Origin: Bacteroidaceae bacterium | GTDB taxonomy: Bacteria > Bacteroidota > Bacteroidia > Bacteroidales > Bacteroidaceae | Direction: 5' to 3' | Length of the DNA: 64,000 bases | Assembly (NCBI GenBank): GCA_017442185.1 | Contig: JAFSAT010000046.1 | Location: 9,405 to 73,404, forward strand | Shown: one piece after another, positions 17,131 to 25,852 of the stretch | Position numbering within the stretch: position 1 is the stretch's first letter | How the letters are laid out: each line of letters begins with the position of its first letter | Position numbers and translations under genes: made by a program | Notes under the pieces: model-generated | The model's database searches: none | Seen by the model: the letters and a program-made list of their open reading frames with translations, nothing else | What the model was told of the DNA's origin: nothing

Positions 17131-20100
17131 TTATTTATACTCGTCCCAGCTCTTCACGGGAAGTTCATTTACGTCTATCTTGCAGAATGCGCGTATGAAT
17201 GCGCTTGCAAGGCGGGCGTTGGTAATGAGCGGTGTATTGTGGTCGATGGCAGCACGACGTATGCGATAGCCGTTTGTAAGTTCGCGTTTCGTGTGGTTCT
17301 TTGGTATGTTTATAATAAGGTCGAAACGGTGCTCGGCAATCATCTGCATAACATTGTTGCTATTGTCGGGACACTCATCGGGCCACATTACTGTGGTTGC
17401 CTTAATTCCATTCTCGTTGAGGAATGTGGCCGTGCCTGCCGTTGCATATATTTCATATCCTTTTGCAGCAAGCACTTTGGTGGAATCCAACAGTTCTACC
17501 TTTGATTTTGAGGCTCCCGATGATACCATCACACTCTTCTTGGGGATGCTGTACCCTACTGCAATCATTGCATTCAGGAGTGCCTCTTCAAAATCGTCTC
17601 CTATACAACCAACCTCGCCGGTAGATGACATATCAACGCCCAGCACCGGGTCGGCCTGATGCAGACGGCTGAATGAGAATTGTGATGCTTTTACACCAAT
17701 CCAATCAATGTCGAACGCCGACTTATCGGGCTTGCTGTATGGAGCACCCAGCATTATGCGTGTTGCTGTTTCTATGAAATTGCGCTTTAGTATCTTAGAT
17801 ACGAATGGGAACGAACGCGATGCACGCAAGTTACACTCAATAACCTTAACCTCGTTATTCTTGGCAAGGAACTGTATGTTGAACGGGCCCGAAATGTTCA
17901 ATTCTTTGGCTATGCGACGGCTTATTTTCTTTATGCGTCGGGCTGTCTCAAAGTATATCTTCTGTGCGGGGAACACGAGTGTTGCATCGCCTGAGTGAAC
18001 GCCGGCAAACTCTACGTGCTCGGATATTGCATACTCTACTACCTCGCCATTTTGTGCCACTGCATCAAATTCAATCTCTTTTGTCTCCATCATAAATTGT
18101 GATACGACAACGGGGAATTCTTTTGACACCTCGGCCGCCATCTGAAGAAATTCTTTCAGTTCGTCTTCGTTGTAGCATACGTTCATGGCTGCACCAGAGA
18201 GTACGTATGAGGGACGTACCAGCACAGGATAACCTACTTTCTCTACGAAGCTCTCCATCTCTTCGAGGCTTGTCAGCTCTTTCCATGCGGGCTGGTCGAT
18301 GCCTAATTGGTCGAGCATTGCCGAGAATTTGTGACGGTTTTCGGCACGGTCTATCGAGAGGGGGGATGTGCCCAGAATGGGTACCGACTGACGGTGCAGC
18401 TTCATTGCAAGGTTGTTTGGTATCTGACCGCCCACCGACACAATTACGCCGCCGGGTTGTTCAAGGTCTATCACATCGAGAACACGTTCAAATGAGAGTT
18501 CGTCGAAGTATAGACGGTCGCACATGTCGTAGTCGGTTGATACAGTCTCGGGGTTGTAGTTTATCATTATTGATTTGTAACCGAGCTTGCGAGCTGTCTG
18601 AACAGCATTTACCGAGCACCAATCGAATTCCACAGATGAACCTATTCGGTAGGCTCCCGAGCCGAGGACTACAACCGATTTATCTGTCTTGTAATAGTTG
18701 ACATCGTAACCCTCGGTGCCGTATGTCATATATAGATAGTTGGTAAGCTCGGGATGCTCGGATGCTACTGTGTTAATGCGTTTTACAGCAGGAAGGATAC
18801 CCAACTGTTTACGACGGTTGCGCACTTCGAGATTGCTCTTTTCCATGTTACCGTTCTCTTTCAGCACAAAGCGTGCTATTTGGAAGTCGGAGAATCCAAG
18901 TTCTTTTGCTCTGCGCAGCACCTCTTCGGGAAGTTCTTCGAGGGTGTTATACTGCATGAGTACATGCTTGTAGTCGACAATGTTCTTAAGTTTGCCAAGG
19001 AACCATGGGTCTATCTTTGTAAGTTCGCTTATGCGTTCTATCGTATAACCTTGCTCTAATGCGCTTGCTATGGAGAAGATGCGCAGGTCGGTAGGATTCT
19101 CAAGTTCTTCGTCGAGGTTATCGAAGTGTGTATGCTCGTTGCCCACAAAGCCGTGCATGCCTTGCCCAATCATGCGCAGACCTTTTTGTATAACCTCTTC
19201 AAAGCTGCGACCTATCGACATTATTTCGCCGACGGACTTCATGCTCGACCCTATTCTGCGCGAAACGCCTGCAAATTTGGTGAGGTCCCAACGGGGTATT
19301 TTGCAAATGAGATAGTCTAATTCCGGTGCCTTGTATGCTGAATTAGGGGTGCCCATTTCTCCTATTTGGTCGAGTGTATATCCTAATGCTATCTTTGCTG
19401 CAACAAAGGCGAGGGGATAGCCTGTTGCTTTTGATGCAAGAGCCGAGGAGCGGCTCAAACGGGCATTAACCTCTATCACGCGATAGTCGTTTGTCTCGGC
19501 ATTGAAGGCATATTGTATGTTACATTCGCCAACTATACCGAGATGGCGTATAGCCTTAACGGATAGCTCTTTGAGCATCTCTACCTGTTCGTTGGTGAGT
19601 GAGCAGGTGGGCGCCACCACTATTGACTCTCCTGTGTGTATGCCCAGAGGGTCGAAATTCTCCATGCTTGCCACTGTGAAGCAGTGGTCGTTTGCATCGC
19701 GTATTACTTCAAATTCAATCTCTTTCCATCCTTTCAGCGACTCTTCGACAAGAATCTGTGTGGAGAAGGTGAATGCACTCTCGGCCAGCTCTTTGAAGCT
19801 CTCTTCGTCGCGGCATATTCCGCTGCCTAATCCTCCCAAGGCGTAGGCCGAACGTACCATCACCGGGAAGCCTATGCGATGTGCAGCTGCAAGTGCATCG
19901 TCCATTGTCTCGACGGCTTGACTGACGGGTGTCTTCATTGGAATCTCGTCGAGCTTTTTCACAAAGAGGTCGCGGTCTTCGGTATACATTATGGCCTCAA
20001 CGGATGTTCCAAGGACTTTAACGCCATATTTTTCCAATATTCCGCTCTGATAAAGTTCTGTTCCGCAGTTGAGTGCTGTCTGTCCGCCAAAGGCCAACAG

Positions 20101-20352
20101 AATACCATCGGGGCGCTCTTTTTTAATTATCTCCTCGACACAGTGTGTGTTCACGGGGAGGAAGTATACTTTGTCGGCTATTCCCTCCGATGTTTGTATG
20201 GTGGCTACGTTGGGGTTTATCAGTACAGACTGTATGCCCTCTTCGCGCAATGCTTTCAACGCCTGTGAACCCGAGTAATCAAATTCGCCTGCCTGACCGA
20301 TGCGCAGTGCGCCGGAACCCAGCAGTAGTACTTTCTTTAGTTTCTCTTTCAT
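17131..20352 (-). CDS. carB: Carbamoyl-phosphate synthase large subunit
   Basis: 1073 aa. Duplicated ATP-grasp halves, an oligomerisation domain and an MGS-like C-terminus. The N-terminus KKVLLLGSGALRIGQAGEFDYSGSQA is canonical CarB. Confidence 0.97.
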   Translation of the reverse strand: MKEKLKKVLLLGSGALRIGQAGEFDYSGSQALKALREEGIQSVLINPNVATIQTSEGIADKVYFLPVNTHCVEEIIKKERPDGILLAFGGQTALNCGTELYQSGILEKYGVKVLGTSVEAIMYTEDRDLFVKKLDEIPMKTPVSQAVETMDDALAAAHRIGFPVMVRSAYALGGLGSGICRDEESFKELAESAFTFSTQILVEESLKGWKEIEFEVIRDANDHCFTVASMENFDPLGIHTGESIVVAPTCSLTNEQVEMLKELSVKAIRHLGIVGECNIQYAFNAETNDYRVIEVNARLSRSSALASKATGYPLAFVAAKIALGYTLDQIGEMGTPNSAYKAPELDYLICKIPRWDLTKFAGVSRRIGSSMKSVGEIMSIGRSFEEVIQKGLRMIGQGMHGFVGNEHTHFDNLDEELENPTDLRIFSIASALEQGYTIERISELTKIDPWFLGKLKNIVDYKHVLMQYNTLEELPEEVLRRAKELGFSDFQIARFVLKENGNMEKSNLEVRNRRKQLGILPAVKRINTVASEHPELTNYLYMTYGTEGYDVNYYKTDKSVVVLGSGAYRIGSSVEFDWCSVNAVQTARKLGYKSIMINYNPETVSTDYDMCDRLYFDELSFERVLDVIDLEQPGGVIVSVGGQIPNNLAMKLHRQSVPILGTSPLSIDRAENRHKFSAMLDQLGIDQPAWKELTSLEEMESFVEKVGYPVLVRPSYVLSGAAMNVCYNEDELKEFLQMAAEVSKEFPVVVSQFMMETKEIEFDAVAQNGEVVEYAISEHVEFAGVHSGDATLVFPAQKIYFETARRIKKISRRIAKELNISGPFNIQFLAKNNEVKVIECNLRASRSFPFVSKILKRNFIETATRIMLGAPYSKPDKSAFDIDWIGVKASQFSFSRLHQADPVLGVDMSSTGEVGCIGDDFEEALLNAMIAVGYSIPKKSVMVSSGASKSKVELLDSTKVLAAKGYEIYATAGTATFLNENGIKATTVMWPDECPDNSNNVMQMIAEHRFDLIINIPKNHTKRELTNGYRIRRAAIDHNTPLITNARLASAFIRAFCKIDVNELPVKSWDEYK

Positions 20353-20419
20353 ATATTATGGAAATATTTGTTGTTGTCCTTTGTTGCAGCGATTACATTG
20401 TGTGTGTCGCGGTTTATCG

Positions 20420-20427
20420 CAAAGATA
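20420..20427 (-). promoter_or_regulatory. -7 box (TATCTTTG on the minus strand) for carB
   Basis: Exact TAnnTTTG 68 nt upstream of the carB ATG, downstream of the hairpin that follows the preceding gene. Confidence 0.4.
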
Positions 20428-20478
20428 TGCAAAAATTTGCAAAATAAACGTTTTTTGGAAATTCTTTATATAAAAAGA

Positions 20479-20517
20479 AACGGTTCCCGTTCTCTTTTGG
20501 GAGATTCGGGAACCGTT
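20479..20517 (-). terminator. Stem-loop after the PurF-like gene
   Basis: aacggttcccg / cgggaaccgtt is an 11-bp stem with a 17-nt loop. A T-rich tract follows on the minus strand. Confidence 0.45.
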
Positions 20518-20525
20518 GCGGTTGT

Positions 20526-22409
20526 TCACGCATTTTTTATATACGTTTCATAGTGTTCTATAAATGCTCTGTTTACCAACATATTGCCTCCGGGGGTCGG
20601 ATAGTCGCCACTGAAATACCAATCGCCCAAATGGTTGGGGCAGGCTTCGTGCAATCCTTCGAGACTCTGGAAAACAATCTCTACTTCGGCATTCAAATTC
20701 GAGGGTCTTAATATCTCGGCTATCTTGTCTGATATTTCGTCGGCTGTAAAGGGCTTGTATATTGCTTTTGTGCAGTTTTTTATTTCGGCAAGCGGTTTCT
20801 TGAGCTCTTCGATGCAGGCCATATATGTTTCGTTCACGATGTTCATCATTCCGCGCTCGCGCAGCAAATCGAGTGCGGCGAAGAAGGCTACAAAGTGGTC
20901 GAATTTCTCCATATCTATGCCATAGTAGTCGGGGTATCGTATTTGGGGGCTTGACGATACTACTACTATCTTCTTTGGCTCTAAGCGGTCGAGGATGCTG
21001 AGTATACTCTCGCGCAAGGTTGTTCCTCGAACAATGCTATCATCTATAACCACAAGATTATCTACTTTCGGGGTTATCGAGTCGTATGTAATATCGTAGA
21101 CGTGTCCGGCAAGGTCGTTACGTTTATCGCCTGTGGTGATGAAGGTACGCATTTTGATGTCTTTGTTTGCGACTTTTTCTTGCCGCACGCACTTTGAGAG
21201 AATTGCCTTTATCTCTTCTTGCGTGTGTTGTTTGCCCGAGGTAAGTTCGTTTGCCTTCCACTCGTCGAGATATTGTTCTATGGACTCTACCATTCCGTAG
21301 AATGCCATTTCAGCTGTGTTGGGTATGAACGAGAATACTGTGTGGTCGAGGTCGTAATCTACTGCTTTCAATATTTTGTCGCGGAGATTTGCTCCCAACA
21401 TTTTGCGTTCCTTATATATATCGCCATCGTTTCCTCGGCTGAAGTATATGCGTTCAAATGAACAGGGGAGAAAGGCTAACTGTGGCAATATTCTTTCGAC
21501 ACGCAGGTTGCCTGCTTTGTCCATTATGATAGCTTCGCCGGGTTGCATTTCTATCACTTTATCGGCTTTCAGATTCATGGTTGTTTGCAAGGCGGCACGT
21601 TCACTGGCGAGAACGAAAATCTCGTCGTCGGCATACCAATAGGCGGTGCGCACTCCCCAAGGGTCGCGCATGGCAAACATTTCGCCGCTGCCTGTGATAC
21701 CGCAGAGTACATATCCTCCGTCGAGCAGATGTGCCGATGTCTTCAACACATTGGCAATGTCCATGCGGTCTTCGATGGAGGTGGTTATATCCATTCCTGT
21801 GAGTCCTTCGGCTTCGCACTCCTTAAAAACACGTTCAACCTCGCGATCGAGACGATGGCCCATAAGTTCGAGCAGTATGTATGTGTCGGCATACACACGT
21901 GGGTGCTGACCATGAGATACAAGTTCTTTGAACACGTCGTCTACATTTGTTATGTGGAAGTTTCCGCAGAGTGCGAGATTTTTGGCTCTCCAATTGTTGC
22001 GACGCAGGTAGGGGTGCACATATTGCAGCCCTGTCTTTCCTGTTGCACAGTAACGCAGATGTCCCATATACAGGTCGCCGGCAAAGCTGAAATTCTTATA
22101 TGCATATTCGGCGTTTCCTCTCATCTCCACCGGATGCTTGGCAACGCTTTTTTCGGCTGCAGCAAACACCTCGGACACTGCTGTACCACCCTCGGCACGC
22201 TCGCGAAACATATAGTCCTCGCCCGGGTTTGCTTTCAACTTTACGCAGGCAATACCGGCACCTTGCTGTCCGCGGTTATACTGCTTGTTCATCAACAAGA
22301 ACAGTTTGTTCATTCCATAGGCCCATGTTCCGTATTTCTCATTGTAATAGTTCAAGGGCTTGCGCAGGCGAATCATGGCAACGCCACATTCGTGTAGTAA
22401 TTGTTCCAT
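20526..22409 (-). CDS. Class-II (Ntn) glutamine amidotransferase / amidophosphoribosyltransferase-like protein, long form
   Basis: 627 aa. The N-terminal propeptide ends HE-C-GVAMIRL (Ntn Cys). A PRTase motif VVIDDSIVRGTT is present. It is about 130-150 aa longer than canonical PurF. Confidence 0.85.
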   Translation of the reverse strand: MEQLLHECGVAMIRLRKPLNYYNEKYGTWAYGMNKLFLLMNKQYNRGQQGAGIACVKLKANPGEDYMFRERAEGGTAVSEVFAAAEKSVAKHPVEMRGNAEYAYKNFSFAGDLYMGHLRYCATGKTGLQYVHPYLRRNNWRAKNLALCGNFHITNVDDVFKELVSHGQHPRVYADTYILLELMGHRLDREVERVFKECEAEGLTGMDITTSIEDRMDIANVLKTSAHLLDGGYVLCGITGSGEMFAMRDPWGVRTAYWYADDEIFVLASERAALQTTMNLKADKVIEMQPGEAIIMDKAGNLRVERILPQLAFLPCSFERIYFSRGNDGDIYKERKMLGANLRDKILKAVDYDLDHTVFSFIPNTAEMAFYGMVESIEQYLDEWKANELTSGKQHTQEEIKAILSKCVRQEKVANKDIKMRTFITTGDKRNDLAGHVYDITYDSITPKVDNLVVIDDSIVRGTTLRESILSILDRLEPKKIVVVSSSPQIRYPDYYGIDMEKFDHFVAFFAALDLLRERGMMNIVNETYMACIEELKKPLAEIKNCTKAIYKPFTADEISDKIAEILRPSNLNAEVEIVFQSLEGLHEACPNHLGDWYFSGDYPTPGGNMLVNRAFIEHYETYIKNA

Positions 22410-22528
22410 AAAAGTAAATTTATAAACTACTTTATTGTCAGAAAGCGTTTCGGATTTATTTTGTTTCTTGCATCTCGTTTTTTGCCCTTTTCGTCTGTTA
22501 CCTTTTCAGGTACACCTCGGAAACGGCT

Positions 22529-22553
22529 CTGCACTCGTTGCAAAATAATAAAG
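22529..22553 (-). repeat. 25-nt conserved element, copy 2
   Basis: The plus strand reads ctgcactcgttgcaaaataataaag. It lies about 120 nt upstream of the PurF-like gene start (22409). Confidence 0.6.
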
Positions 22554-23131
22554 CCGGTTTTTATCTGTTTAGCTCGTTTGTCACCATCTTTGAAGGAGGG
22601 AATTGTGTGCTGTTTATATATGACAGGACTGCAATTTCTACTCGATGATACAAAAAACGATACTTAATTAAAACCGTTGTCCAATAAATACAAAACTTTT
22701 TCTTAAACACTCTATTTTTTCTGTTATATCTGTGACAATAAAAATGGCCGCTCCACAGGAACGACCACACAGCATCACATATCCAAATAAGCAGCAACCG
22801 ATATACCATAAATATAAAGATAGCGTTTTTGCTGCGAGGCAAGGCTTGTGCCTGTCTCTGCACTTTGCTTTTTCATATTCATTTTTTTATACATTGTGTA
22901 TCGATTGTTTTATTTGCTTGGGAATTGTCACCAAAAAAAATGGGACTCATTCCACAAAACCGAGTACAAAGTTACATAAATAATTTGTTACAACAAACAG
23001 AATGGAGCATTCATTTATATAAAAAATTAATTTCTGAAATAATTGGAGATAATGGATTTTATCTTTATATTTGCAGCCGATTTTGAAAAGGAGTGCTATT
23101 GCGTTTCATGGTTCAGAATCACAGATATATT

Positions 23132-23207
23132 GCCGAATTAGCTCAGTTGGTAGAGCAACTCATTCGTAATGAGTAGGTCCGGGGTTCGAGTCCCCGACTC
23201 GGCTCCA
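23132..23207 (+). tRNA. tRNA-Thr (anticodon CGU), CCA encoded
   Basis: Hand-folded: D arm gctc-agttggta-gagc, anticodon arm actca-ttCGTaa-tgagt, T arm cgggg-ttcgagt-ccccg. There is one A6:C67 mismatch in the acceptor stem. Confidence 0.88.
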
Positions 23208-23225
23208 TAAGTATAATATAAGTAT

Positions 23226-23256
23226 AAAAAAATGGAGACCTTGGTCTCCATTTTTT
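23226..23256. terminator. Bidirectional terminator (tRNA-Thr / galE)
   Basis: aaaaaaa-tggagac-cttg-gtctcca-tttttt. The stem is flanked by an A-run and a T-run. Confidence 0.6.
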
Positions 23257-23281
23257 ATATCTCTTTTGTGTATAACGCAAA

Positions 23282-24313
23282 TTACATTATACCATCTTCG
23301 CGCAGTTTCTGCTGCCACTTCCACGCCGAGGCAAGAACGTCACGAATAGGTGTGTCGGCGCTCCAGCCGAGCACGTTGTTTGCACGTTCAGGATTAGCCC
23401 ATACTTTTACGATATCTCCTGCTCTGCGGCCTACTATCTTGTAATTAAGTTTAACGCCTGTGGCTGCCTCAAATTCGTTAATAAGTTCGAGCACCGAAAG
23501 TCCGCGACCTGTTCCAAGGTTGAATACCTCGGGATTTTGTGCCATCTGCTTATTAAGGATGCGATCTATCGCCTTAACGTGAGCCTTTGCAAGATCTACC
23601 ACATAGATATAGTCGCGTATACATGAGCCGTCGGGAGTGTCATAGTCGTCGCCAAATACGCTCAGACATTCGCGGATACCCATAGCTGTTTGTGTAACGT
23701 AGGGGAGAAGGTTCTGAGGCACGCCCAAGGGAAGCTCGCCGATGAGTGCAGTGGGGTGTGCGCCTATGGGGTTGAAGTAGCGCAACATGATAGCTTCAAC
23801 GGGTGAGCCGGATTTTACAGTGTCACAGATAATCTCTTCGTTAATCTGCTTGGTATTGCCATAGGGAGACTCTGCAACCTTTGTAGGTGCTGCCTCTGTA
23901 ACGGGAAGCACATCGGGCTGACCGTATACTGTGCAGGACGAGGAGAATACAATGCCTTTTACATTGTGCTTGGGCATCAGTTCGAGAAGATTCACCAAAG
24001 AAACAATGTTGTTGCGATAGTATTTCAGTGGTTTCTCTACGCTCTCGCCCACTGCCTTGCTGGCTGCAAAATGTATGATAGCTTCGATGCCTGCATACTT
24101 TGTGAAGAGTGCATCGAGCCCTTCGAGGTCGCAGCAATCGAGTTGTTCAAACACGGGACGTATGCCTGTTATTTTCTCAATGTTGTCAACAACTTCGGCC
24201 TTTGAATTTGAAAGGTTGTCGATGATGATTACCTCGTAGCCGCTGTTCTGCAGCTCTACTACCGTATGCGAACCGATAAAACCGGTACCGCCTGTTACCA
24301 AGATTCTTTTCAT
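23282..24313 (-). CDS. galE: UDP-glucose 4-epimerase
   Basis: 343 aa. Motifs TGGTGFIGSH and YGNTK (YxxxK) are present, and the length is typical of GalE. Confidence 0.92.
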   Translation of the reverse strand: MKRILVTGGTGFIGSHTVVELQNSGYEVIIIDNLSNSKAEVVDNIEKITGIRPVFEQLDCCDLEGLDALFTKYAGIEAIIHFAASKAVGESVEKPLKYYRNNIVSLVNLLELMPKHNVKGIVFSSSCTVYGQPDVLPVTEAAPTKVAESPYGNTKQINEEIICDTVKSGSPVEAIMLRYFNPIGAHPTALIGELPLGVPQNLLPYVTQTAMGIRECLSVFGDDYDTPDGSCIRDYIYVVDLAKAHVKAIDRILNKQMAQNPEVFNLGTGRGLSVLELINEFEAATGVKLNYKIVGRRAGDIVKVWANPERANNVLGWSADTPIRDVLASAWKWQQKLREDGIM

Positions 24314-24616
24314 AATATCTGTTTATATAATGTTGATTATTATAATGTCACTCTTATATAATGTCACACTTCTGTTCTTTCAAATTTCTATCGAAACGGC
24401 TTATTTGTGTAAGTGTTTTCTAACTCACAAAATTAACACTTTTTATTTATCGGCACAAAATTATCATTATTTTTTTATAAGCTGTTTTAATTTTTAAGAA
24501 TATTCTCGCTCAGGAACGTATGTTTGCTCTGCCCTCTTTATATTTTGATATGTCGGTTTGTAATATACAAGAGCTTGGCAAGATATATTTTAACAGCTTG
24601 ATGCGCAGCTTTTTGT

Positions 24617-25654
24617 TTATGATATTTCGCCTGCTATATTTCGGCGCATTTGACGCCTAACCTCGTCGGGCGAAAGTTTTTTTCCAAGCAGGAACATCAT
24701 TTTGGCAAGGGCGGCCTCCACTGTTATGTCGTGTCCGCTTATGATACCGGCCTCTAACAACTGCCTGCCTGCTTCGTAAAGGCTCATCTTGACGCTGCCG
24801 GCAAGACATTGTGTAACATTTACTATTACCTTACCTTGGCGGGTTGCCTCGGTGAGGGCATCTATGAGCCATTGAGCCTGTGGTGCGTTGCCCGAACCGA
24901 ATGTGCGGAAGATGATGCCTTTCAGCTCCTTGCCTTCGAGTATCTTTTGCACCACTTCGCGGCGTATGCCGGGGAACAACGAAAAAATTATGATATTGCT
25001 GTCCATCGCATAATGTGGCTTCAGCTTGGCACTCGCATCGTATGGCTTTATGAGGTGACGGTTATACTGTATCTCAATTCCGGCAGTGGCAAGATTGGGG
25101 CAGTTGTGCGATTTAAATGCGTCGAAGCTGTCGGCGCTTATTTTGGTGCATCGGTTGCCGCGCATCAGTTTTTCGTGAAAATATATGCACACTTCGGGAA
25201 CCACAGGGGTGCCATCTTCGTTCTTTGCAGCAGCTATCTCTATGGCTGTGAGAAGATTTTCTTTTCCGTCGGTACGCAGCACTCCAATCGGGAGCTGGCT
25301 TCCGGTAAGTATCACAGGCTTCATCAACCCCTCGAGCATAAAACTTAACGCCGATGCTGTAAATGCCATTGTATCGGTGCCGTGCAACACCACAAAGCCG
25401 TCGTAACGCTCGTAGTTGGTGTATATAACCTCTGCCAATTTTGCCCATAGCGAAGGATTCATATCCGAGGAGTCTATCGGAGGATTAAATGCACGCGAAG
25501 ATATATCGAGATTAAATTGTCTGAGTTCGGGAACGTGACGCAAAAGGTGGTCGAAATTGAACGACTCGAGAGCACCCGTCAGGGGATTGCGTATCATACC
25601 TATCGTTCCACCCGTATATATAAGTAATATTGATGTCTGCCTGCGTTGAGCCAT
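24617..25654 (-). CDS. ansA: L-asparaginase, type I (cytoplasmic)
   Basis: Motifs TGGTIGM and HGTDTM. I moved the start to MAQRRQTSILLIYTGGT; the 12 extra upstream codons in the ORF track are not needed. Confidence 0.9.
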   Translation of the reverse strand: MAQRRQTSILLIYTGGTIGMIRNPLTGALESFNFDHLLRHVPELRQFNLDISSRAFNPPIDSSDMNPSLWAKLAEVIYTNYERYDGFVVLHGTDTMAFTASALSFMLEGLMKPVILTGSQLPIGVLRTDGKENLLTAIEIAAAKNEDGTPVVPEVCIYFHEKLMRGNRCTKISADSFDAFKSHNCPNLATAGIEIQYNRHLIKPYDASAKLKPHYAMDSNIIIFSLFPGIRREVVQKILEGKELKGIIFRTFGSGNAPQAQWLIDALTEATRQGKVIVNVTQCLAGSVKMSLYEAGRQLLEAGIISGHDITVEAALAKMMFLLGKKLSPDEVRRQMRRNIAGEIS

Positions 25655-25852
25655 ATTTTGTGTATTATGTGGCAAAAATAGTGTAAACATTTGATGTTAC
25701 AATATAAAATCATAGGAAATAAACACACTTAAAAGGTTGTTTTTTTGAAATTCCGATTTTTATAGTTTCCTTTGCATATTATTTAGTAGTTGTTTTAAAA
25801 TAGTTATAATTGAAACTCAAACTGCATCCAAACTGTTTCATAATATATAAAT

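Noticed and set aside
23132-23207. tRNA-Thr considered as a possible pseudogene because of the A6:C67 acceptor-stem mismatch.
   Set aside because: All other stems, the conserved D/T-loop residues and the encoded CCA are intact. A single mismatch is tolerated in many functional tRNAs.
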